Source of the DNA: Armatimonadota bacterium
GTDB lineage: Bacteria; Sysuimicrobiota; Sysuimicrobiia; Sysuimicrobiales; Kaftiobacteriaceae
NCBI GenBank assembly: GCA_037440005.1
Contig: JBBIUY010000014.1
Coordinates: 1 to 64,000 of the forward strand
DNA: 64,000 nt
Direction of reading: 5' to 3'
This document shows positions 38,693 through 45,614 of the stretch, one piece after another. The translations under genes were made by a program, and so were the position numbers. The notes under the pieces are model-generated. The model did no database searches, had not been told where the DNA came from, and saw only the letters and a program-made list of their open reading frames with translations. Position 1 is the first letter of the stretch; each line of letters begins with the position of its first letter.

Positions 38693-38835
38693 CCTCGGCC
38701 ACTCGGAGTTGTCATGGGATCAGACCATCGCGCTCGCTGTGGGACCGGATCATGGCCGCTCCGGAGGCGGTTACTATCCGGCCTTGGGTGAGCGTTACTG
38801 CCTGACCTTACTACGCCCCCAAGTGACCGAGGCAC
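38691..38835 (-). ncRNA. Candidate stand-alone rod-shaped ncRNA with repeated internal loops (family unknown)
   Basis: Nested helices of 16, 2, 8, 5, 8 and 4 bp that rely on G-U pairs valid only on the minus strand; three AGUAA/C(C/G)AUG loops; dedicated promoter. Confidence 0.75.
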
Positions 38836-38840
38836 CACTT

Positions 38841-38869
38841 ACCCTAGCCCAGGGCCCGGGCGCCGTCAA
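38841..38869 (-). promoter_or_regulatory. sigma70-type promoter of the candidate ncRNA
   Basis: TTGACG-N17-TAGGGT; the predicted start coincides with the 5' base of the hairpin. Confidence 0.7.
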
Positions 38870-39020
38870 TCCGGAAGGTGTGTTCGGGGTCTGTGGATAG
38901 AGGGAGGGAAAAGAGCATCGAGCGTCCGGCGCGCGCAGCGCGCGCCCGAGGGGCGGAGAGGACGGGATGACTCGGCCCCGGCGGGGGCGAAGACCGTCTG
39001 GCGGCTTGCAGGGGGAGGGG

Positions 39021-39956
39021 ATGGTCCGGATCGCGGTGGTGGGTAGCGTCAACATGGACCTGGTGGTGACGGTGCCCCGCCTGCCCCAGGTGGGCGAGAC
39101 GGTTCTCGGCGGAACCTTCGGCACCTTCCCGGGAGGCAAGGGCGCCAACCAGGCGGTGGCCGCGGCGCGGCTGGGGGCGTCGGTGGCCATGATCGGCCGG
39201 GTGGGAGCGGACGCGTTCGGCCGGACGCTGCGGCGGGGGCTGGCGGAGGAGGGCGTGGACATCCATCACCTGCGGGAGGACGAGCAGGCTCCCAGCGGCG
39301 TGGCCCTCATCACGGTGGACCGGGACGGCCGCAACACCATCGTGGTGGCCAGCGGGGCCAACATGCGCGTCGTCCCCCCGGACGTGGACGCGGCCCGGGA
39401 GGTGATCGCCGGCAGCCACGCGGTCCTGCTGCAGCTGGAGCTTCCCCTCCCGGTGGTGCGCCACGCCGCCGAGGTGGCCGCCGCCGCGGGGTGCCGCGTG
39501 ATCCTGGACCCGGCCCCCGCGCCGCCACAGCCCCTGCCGGAGCCGCTGTACCGCCTGCTGGCGGTGGTCAACCCCAACGAGGTGGAAGCGCGGGCGCTGA
39601 CCGGCGTGGACGTGGCTGACAGAGACGGCGCCCGGCGCGCGGCCGAGTCCCTGCTGGCTCGCGGGTGCGGGGCGGCGGTCATCAAACTGGGCGAGCGGGG
39701 GGCCTACGTGGCCGCCGACGGGGTGCGGGAGGCCGTCCCGGCGGTGCCGGTGCGGGCGGTGGACACCACGGCGGCCGGGGATGCGTTCGCGGCCGCGCTG
39801 GCGGTGGCCTTGGCCGAGGGGCGGGACCTGGTGGCCGCCGTCCGGTTTGCCACCGTCGCGGCGGCGGTCTCGGTGACCCGCGCGGGGGCGCAGCCCTCCA
39901 TGCCCCGTCGGGAGGAGGTCCTGGCCCTGGCCCGGGAGGCCGGGATGACGCTGTAG
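39021..39956 (+). CDS. rbsK: Ribokinase
   Basis: GSVNMD, GGKGANQA, PNEVE, DTTAAGDAF. Confidence 0.93.
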   Translation: MVRIAVVGSVNMDLVVTVPRLPQVGETVLGGTFGTFPGGKGANQAVAAARLGASVAMIGRVGADAFGRTLRRGLAEEGVDIHHLREDEQAPSGVALITVDRDGRNTIVVASGANMRVVPPDVDAAREVIAGSHAVLLQLELPLPVVRHAAEVAAAAGCRVILDPAPAPPQPLPEPLYRLLAVVNPNEVEARALTGVDVADRDGARRAAESLLARGCGAAVIKLGERGAYVAADGVREAVPAVPVRAVDTTAAGDAFAAALAVALAEGRDLVAAVRFATVAAAVSVTRAGAQPSMPRREEVLALAREAGMTL

Positions 39957-40022
39957 GGAGTGCCACGCCCCCGCCTGTCCCGCCGGCGCCGCCGGGACGC
40001 GGGGAGACACAGGAGGTGGACG

Positions 40023-40433
40023 ATGGAGGCCCGGGACATCATGACCACAGACGTCATCACCCTGTCGCCGGACATGACCGTCGAGGAGGCGACGGACGTG
40101 CTGCTCCGCTACCGGATCCACGGCGCGCCGGTGACCACGCCCGAGGGACGGCTGCTGAGTATGGTGAGCTTCATGGACCTGGCCCGCCGCGCCGGCGAGG
40201 ACGGCCGGGTCCGGGACATCATGAGCCCCGATCCGGTGGTGGCGCAGGAAGACACCCCGGTGGAGGAGGTGGCGCGGCTGATGCTGGACCAGATGGTCCG
40301 CCGGGTGCCGATCGTCCGGGCGGGCCAGGTGGTCGGCATCGTCAGCGCCAGCGACATCGTGCAGCTGTTCCTCAACCTGCACGAGGCGCCCCGGCTCCGG
40401 GGTCCGGAGCGGGCCTCTGCGAGGGCGCGGTGA
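40023..40433 (+). CDS. CBS-domain protein
   Basis: Two CBS repeats. Confidence 0.85.
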   Translation: MEARDIMTTDVITLSPDMTVEEATDVLLRYRIHGAPVTTPEGRLLSMVSFMDLARRAGEDGRVRDIMSPDPVVAQEDTPVEEVARLMLDQMVRRVPIVRAGQVVGIVSASDIVQLFLNLHEAPRLRGPERASARAR

Positions 40434-41176
40434 CCGCCGCCCTGGCCGTCCAGACGTTTGCCGCGGCGCTGGCCACCGCGCTGGCCACGGGACTGGGCGG
40501 CGTGCCCTTCTTCCTCGTCCGGCGCCTGGAGGAGAGGTGGGTGGGCCTGGCGTGGGCGTTTTCGGGGGGCGTGATGCTGTCGGCCACCGTGTTCAACCTG
40601 ATCGTCCCCGCCGTGGAGCGGGCCGGCTACTCTCCCGTGGCGGCGGGGATCGCGGCCGGCGCGGCCTTCTACTGGGCGGCCCACCGCTGGCTGAGCCACA
40701 GCCACCCGCAGTTCTTCCACCTGCAGGGCGCGTCGGCGGTGCGGGCGGTGCTGCTGATCGGGACCATGTTCGCCCACAGCGTCGCCGAGGGCGTGGCTCT
40801 GGGCGTCGGGTGGGGGTCGGGGGAGGTGGGGTTGGCGATCCTGCTGAGCATCGCCATCGCCCTGCACAACGTCCCCGAAGGCGTCGCCGTGTCCCTGCCG
40901 CTGCGGGGCGAGGGGTTCTCGGCCTGGGCGTGCGTGGGGTGGTCGATCTTCACCAGCCTGCCTCAACCCGTGCTGGCGGTTCCGGCGGCCCTGCTGGTGG
41001 CGTCGTTCCGGCCGCTGGTGCCGCTGGGCTTCGGGTTCGCCTCGGGGGCCATGGGGTTTTTGGTCTTCGGGGAGATGGTGCCCGAGGGGATCGAGCGCGC
41101 GGGCCGCCTGCTTTCGGCGGCGGCGGTAGGGGCAGGCTTTGTGGGGCTGATGCTCCTGCAAAACGTTCTGCAGTGA
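40430..41176 (+). CDS. ZIP-family metal transporter
   Basis: AHSVAEG, IALHNVPEG. Confidence 0.88.
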   Translation: MTAALAVQTFAAALATALATGLGGVPFFLVRRLEERWVGLAWAFSGGVMLSATVFNLIVPAVERAGYSPVAAGIAAGAAFYWAAHRWLSHSHPQFFHLQGASAVRAVLLIGTMFAHSVAEGVALGVGWGSGEVGLAILLSIAIALHNVPEGVAVSLPLRGEGFSAWACVGWSIFTSLPQPVLAVPAALLVASFRPLVPLGFGFASGAMGFLVFGEMVPEGIERAGRLLSAAAVGAGFVGLMLLQNVLQ

Positions 41177-41193
41177 CACCGCGGGGGGCTGCG

Positions 41194-41649
41194 ATGGCCG
41201 AGATGCGCGTGCGGGTGGACTGGCGGGCGCCGATGGTGTTTGTGGGCGGGCCGCCGGGGGCGGCGCCGGTCCTGATGGACACCCGTCCCGAGGAAGGCGG
41301 CACCGGCGTGGCACCCTCGCCGATGGAAACCGTCCTGGCCGCGCTGGCGGGCTGCTCGGGCATCGACGTGGTGGGCATCCTGCAGAAGATGCGGGCCCCC
41401 CTGGAGGGGCTGCGCATCGACGTGACGGCCGAGCGGGCCCCCGACCCTCCCCGGGTCTTTCGGTCCATCCACGTGCGCTACACGGCGTGGGGGACGGGGC
41501 TGCAGGCGGAGGCGGTGCGGAGGGCGGTGGCGCTGTCCCTGGACAGGTACTGCTCGGTGGCGGCGATGCTGCGGGCGACGGCGACGATCACCCACGAGGT
41601 GGCGGTCGCCGGCGAGGCCGAGGCCGGGAAGCCTGCAGACGCCTCCTGA
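41194..41649 (+). CDS. OsmC/YhfA-family protein
   Basis: PSPME..LAGCSGIDV, RYCSV. Confidence 0.88.
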   Translation: MAEMRVRVDWRAPMVFVGGPPGAAPVLMDTRPEEGGTGVAPSPMETVLAALAGCSGIDVVGILQKMRAPLEGLRIDVTAERAPDPPRVFRSIHVRYTAWGTGLQAEAVRRAVALSLDRYCSVAAMLRATATITHEVAVAGEAEAGKPADAS

Positions 41650-41682
41650 CGACTCGGGGGAGACGTCCTGCGGGGGCGGTCC

Positions 41683-41982
41683 TCAGCGCGGCTCTCGCTC
41701 CGAAGCCCGGGCCCGGGGTCCCCGCGGCCCCAGCAGCCTGTCGGCCAGCGCCAGGAGCCAGCGGTTCTCCCGCAGGGCCGTCCGGTGGAACCGGCGGGTG
41801 CGGGCGACGTCCTCCCGGACGGCGGCCAGGACGCGGTGGTGCGCCTGCGCCTCCCGGCGCGCCGCTTCCCGCGCCATCCGGGCCCTCTGCCGCTCCCCCA
41901 GCAACACCCGGACGTGCTCGTCCGCCCGTCCCACGCCCCGGGGCGGCACCTCTCCCATCAGCACCTGCTCGTAGCGGGCCAT
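41683..41982 (-). CDS. Hypothetical Arg-rich helical protein (paralog A)
   Basis: GAG/AGG RBS; shares H..VL..VR......RR.HR.AL..NRWLLAL.D.LL with its neighbour. Confidence 0.6.
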   Translation of the reverse strand: MARYEQVLMGEVPPRGVGRADEHVRVLLGERQRARMAREAARREAQAHHRVLAAVREDVARTRRFHRTALRENRWLLALADRLLGPRGPRARASEREPR

Positions 41983-41987
41983 CCCTC

Positions 41988-42389
41988 TCACCCGGGGCCA
42001 GGGTAGGGGGCGGCCGAGGCGCGGCCCATCGGGCGGGCGCCCGATTTGGCATCGGGTCCCGGCTGTATCCGCCCCGCGCCGCCGACGGGCCGGCGGGCGC
42101 GCGGCCCCTGCCACCGGGGGAGGAGGAGGTCCACCAGGGCCAGCAGCCAGCGGTTGGCCGCCAGGGCCTCCCGGTGGTAGCGCCGGTCCTCGGCCAGCCG
42201 GGCCCGGACCTGGTCCAGGACCACGCGGTGCTGGCGGAGGTCCTCCCGCAGGCGGGTCCGGGCGGCGGCCAGTCTCCCGCGCTCCCGGTTCAGGGCGCGC
42301 CGGTGCTCGCCCCGGGCCTCTTCCAGGACCGTCCGGGCGCGCCGCACCTCCGCCAGGAGCTGCCGGCGGTGCTCGGGAACTTCCAACAT
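41988..42389 (-). CDS. Hypothetical Arg-rich helical protein (paralog B)
   Basis: Similarity to the adjacent ORF; start uncertain. Confidence 0.55.
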   Translation of the reverse strand: MLEVPEHRRQLLAEVRRARTVLEEARGEHRRALNRERGRLAAARTRLREDLRQHRVVLDQVRARLAEDRRYHREALAANRWLLALVDLLLPRWQGPRARRPVGGAGRIQPGPDAKSGARPMGRASAAPYPGPG

Positions 42390-42613
42390 CAGGCTCAGGG
42401 TAGGCGCGGCGCCCTCGGGAGCGGATCGGGCAGGCGCCTGATTTCCGCTCGGGTGCCGACCCGATGGCTGTGGAGGCCGACCGCCAAATACCGCCCGCGC
42501 CCGATGGTCCCGCCGGGAGCCGCGGGCTAGGGTGGGAGCGAAGGGCGCGCAGGGCGGCCGGGCAGGCCGCGATCTCTCCGGCACGGCGCCGGAGTCGGCA
42601 CAGGGAGAGCGGG

Positions 42614-43207
42614 ATGGAGGTGGCGATTCCCCGGCTGGACATCCGCTGGCACGGCCGCGGCGGGTTCGGCGCCAAGACGGCGGCGGCGCTGCTGGCCGAG
42701 TGGGTGATCGACCTGGGAGGGTACGGTCAGGCGGCGCCGGAGTTCGGCCCCGAGCGGCGCGGAGCTCCGGTGCAGGCGTACACCCGCATCGGGCCGGACC
42801 CCATCCGCCGGCGCGGGCCCGTCGAGAGGCCCGACGTGCTGGTGGTCCTGGACCGGGGCCTACTGCAGACCCCCGCCACCACCGCCGGCGTCGGTCCCCA
42901 CACGTGGGTCCTGGTCAACGCCCCGGGACCGGTGACGGTTCCCGGCGCGGCGGCCGGTCGGGTGGCGGCGGTGGACGCGTCCCGCATCGCCCGCCAGCAC
43001 CTGGGCCGCGACATTCCCAACGTCCCGATGCTGGCGGCGGTGGTGGCGGTGTTCCTGCCGGCGGGCCGGGAGCGGTTTCTGGCGTGGCTGCAGCGCCGGC
43101 TGGGCGAGGAGTTCCGGGAGGAGGTGGTCGCCGCCAACGTGGCGGCGGCCCGGCAGGCCATGGAGGAGGTTGCCCGTGAGCACGCAGGCATCGTGGCGAG
43201 CGCTTGA
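42614..43207 (+). CDS. porC: Pyruvate/2-oxoacid:ferredoxin oxidoreductase gamma subunit
   Basis: WHGRGGFG, FGPERRGAPV. Confidence 0.88.
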   Translation: MEVAIPRLDIRWHGRGGFGAKTAAALLAEWVIDLGGYGQAAPEFGPERRGAPVQAYTRIGPDPIRRRGPVERPDVLVVLDRGLLQTPATTAGVGPHTWVLVNAPGPVTVPGAAAGRVAAVDASRIARQHLGRDIPNVPMLAAVVAVFLPAGRERFLAWLQRRLGEEFREEVVAANVAAARQAMEEVAREHAGIVASA

Positions 43208-43466
43208 CCGCGGTCCCGTCATCCCCGGCGGCACCAGCCGCGCGTTCGTGACCGGGACGTGGCGGACCGAGAGGCCGGTCCTGGACCTGGAGCGGTGCAT
43301 CCACTGCATGCTGTGCTGGCTGTACTGCCCGGACTCCTCGATCCTGGCCCGGGACGGCCGGGTGGTGGGCATCGACCTGGACCACTGCAAAGGGTGCGGG
43401 ATCTGCGCGGCCGTCTGCCCGCCGCGGGCTCACGCCATCGTCATGGTCCCGGAGGGACAGCCATGA
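43176..43466 (+). CDS. porD: Oxidoreductase delta subunit (2x[4Fe-4S])
   Basis: TGTWR, CIHCMLCWLYCP, CKGCGICAAVCP. Confidence 0.9.
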   Translation: MSTQASWRALDRGPVIPGGTSRAFVTGTWRTERPVLDLERCIHCMLCWLYCPDSSILARDGRVVGIDLDHCKGCGICAAVCPPRAHAIVMVPEGQP

Positions 43467-44647
43467 GCGTCGTCGCGTCCTCCCGCCGGCTGGGGTTGAC
43501 CGGCAACGATGCCGTGGCCCTGGCCTGGAAGCAGATCAATCCGGACGTGGTGGCGGCGTACCCCATCACGCCCAGCACCCAGGTGGTGGAGAAGTTCTCC
43601 CAGTACGTGGCCGACGGCGTGGTGCAGACCCAGTTTGTGCCCGTGGAGTCCGAGCACTCGGCCCTGTCGGCGTGCGTGGGGGCCGCCGCCTGCGGCGCCC
43701 GGGTCATGACGGCCACCTCGTCCCAGGGGCTGGCCCTGATGCACGAGATCCTGTACATCGCCGCCGGCCTGCGGCTGCCCATCGTCATGGCGGTGGCCAA
43801 CCGGGCCCTGTCGGCGCCCATCAACATCCACGGCGACCACAGCGACGCCATGGGGTCCCGGGACAGCGGCTGGCTGCAGTTCTACGCCAGGGACGTGCAG
43901 GAGGCCTACGACCTGACCATCCTGGCCGTGCGGGTGGCCGAGCGGGCGCGCCTGCCGGTGATGGTGGGGCTGGACGGGTTCACCCTCAGCCACAGCCTGG
44001 AGGTGGTGGAGGTCAGCAGCGACGACGCCGTGCGGGCGTTCGTGGGACCCGGACCCGAGGACCACTATCACTTCCTGGACGGACCCGAGCCCGTCACCAT
44101 CGGCCCGCTGGCCCTGCCCGACTCGTACATGGACTTCCGCCGGGCGCTGGCCGAGGCGGTGGCGCGGTCGGCGGAGATCATCGCGCGGGAGGCCCGGGCG
44201 TTCCGGGAGCACTTCGGGCGGGCGGTGCCGGTCTTCGTGGAGCCGGTGGCCATGGAGGGCGCCCGCGCCGCCGTGGTGCTGATGGGATCCTACGCCGGGG
44301 TGGTGGAGGAGGCGGTGCAGCGCTGGCGCCGGGCGGGCCGGCCGGTGGGTCTGGTGCGCTTGGTCACTTTCCGGCCGTTTCCCGCCGAGGCCCTGCGGGC
44401 CGCCCTGGCCGGCACCGAGCATGTGGTGGTGATGGAGCGCGCCGACACCCTGTCCACCCTGGGCGGGCCCCTGGGGGTGGAGCTGCGCGCGGCCCTCTAC
44501 GGCGCCGGCCGGCCGCCGGCGGTCACCGACGTGATCTTCGGCCTGGGGGGACGCGAGCTGCGGGAGGAGGATCTGGAGCAGGTCGGGCGCCTGGTGGACG
44601 AGGCGCCCGGAGGGGTGCGGTATCTGGGCACCGGCGACGACCTGTGA
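43463..44647 (+). CDS. porA: Oxidoreductase alpha subunit
   Basis: AYPITP, ESEHSA, TSSQGL, NRALSAP. Confidence 0.92.
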   Translation: MSVVASSRRLGLTGNDAVALAWKQINPDVVAAYPITPSTQVVEKFSQYVADGVVQTQFVPVESEHSALSACVGAAACGARVMTATSSQGLALMHEILYIAAGLRLPIVMAVANRALSAPINIHGDHSDAMGSRDSGWLQFYARDVQEAYDLTILAVRVAERARLPVMVGLDGFTLSHSLEVVEVSSDDAVRAFVGPGPEDHYHFLDGPEPVTIGPLALPDSYMDFRRALAEAVARSAEIIAREARAFREHFGRAVPVFVEPVAMEGARAAVVLMGSYAGVVEEAVQRWRRAGRPVGLVRLVTFRPFPAEALRAALAGTEHVVVMERADTLSTLGGPLGVELRAALYGAGRPPAVTDVIFGLGGRELREEDLEQVGRLVDEAPGGVRYLGTGDDL

Positions 44648-44659
44648 GGAGGCGGTCCG

Positions 44660-45595
44660 ATGGCGCTGAACCTGCGGGAGCTGTCCAAACGGGCCGAGGG
44701 CCTCGCCCCCGGCCACCGGGCGTGCGCCGGGTGCGGGTTTCCCGTGATCATCCGGCTGCTGCTGGCCACGGCGCCGGAGCCGGTGGTGGTGGTGAACGCC
44801 ACCGGCTGCCTGGAGGTGGTCTCCACCATCTACCCCTACTCGGCGTGGCCGGTGCCGTGGCTGCACAACGCCTTTGAGAACGCGGCGGCCACCGCCTCGG
44901 GAGTGGAGGCGGCCGCCCGGGCGCTGCACGCCCGGGGACGCCTGGCGCGGGTACCCAAGGTGGTGGCCATCGGCGGCGACGGAGGCACCTACGATATCGG
45001 ACTGCAGAGCCTGTCGGGCGCGGTGGAGCGCGGCCACAACTTCCTGTACATCTGCTACAACAACGAAGGGTACATGAACACCGGCATCCAGCGCAGCAGC
45101 GCCACCCCCCAGGGCGCCCGCACCACCACCTCGCCCGCGGGGGCCGTGCTGCCGGGCAAGGTCCAGCCCCGCAAGGACCTGACCGAGATCCTGGCGGCCC
45201 ACCGGATGCCCTACGCGGCCCAGGCCAGCATCAGCCACTGGGGCGACCTGGCCAAGAAGCTGCGCAAGGCCCTGACCACCGCCGGTCCCACCTTCATCAA
45301 CGTGCTGACCCCCTGCCAGCCCGGGTGGGACTACCCGCCCGATCAGCTGGTGGAGATCGCGCGCCTGGCGGTGGAGACCCGCTACTGGCCCCTGTACGAG
45401 GTGGAGCGGGGGACGTACCGCCTCACCTACATCCCCCGGGAGCCGGTGCCCGTCCGGGCGTGGCTGGAGAGGCAGGGCCGCTTCAAGCACCTGCTGGCCG
45501 ACGAGGCCCGGGTGGCGGACCTGCAGGCCTGGGTGGACGACAACTGGGCCCGCCTGACGGCCCGGGTGGCGGCGTCCGGCGAGCGGGTGTCCTGA
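44660..45595 (+). CDS. porB: Oxidoreductase beta subunit (TPP-binding)
   Basis: CAGC, GGDGGTYDIG, NNEGYMNTG. Confidence 0.92.
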   Translation: MALNLRELSKRAEGLAPGHRACAGCGFPVIIRLLLATAPEPVVVVNATGCLEVVSTIYPYSAWPVPWLHNAFENAAATASGVEAAARALHARGRLARVPKVVAIGGDGGTYDIGLQSLSGAVERGHNFLYICYNNEGYMNTGIQRSSATPQGARTTTSPAGAVLPGKVQPRKDLTEILAAHRMPYAAQASISHWGDLAKKLRKALTTAGPTFINVLTPCQPGWDYPPDQLVEIARLAVETRYWPLYEVERGTYRLTYIPREPVPVRAWLERQGRFKHLLADEARVADLQAWVDDNWARLTARVAASGERVS

Positions 45596-45614
45596 GGGGA
45601 CCGCGGCCGGCGGA

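Noticed and set aside
38691..38835. Identification as SRP RNA, tRNA or a simple terminator
   Set aside because: It lacks the SRP domain IV motif and a cloverleaf, is far longer than a terminator, and has its own promoter. 6S is not fully excluded, but there is no large central bubble.
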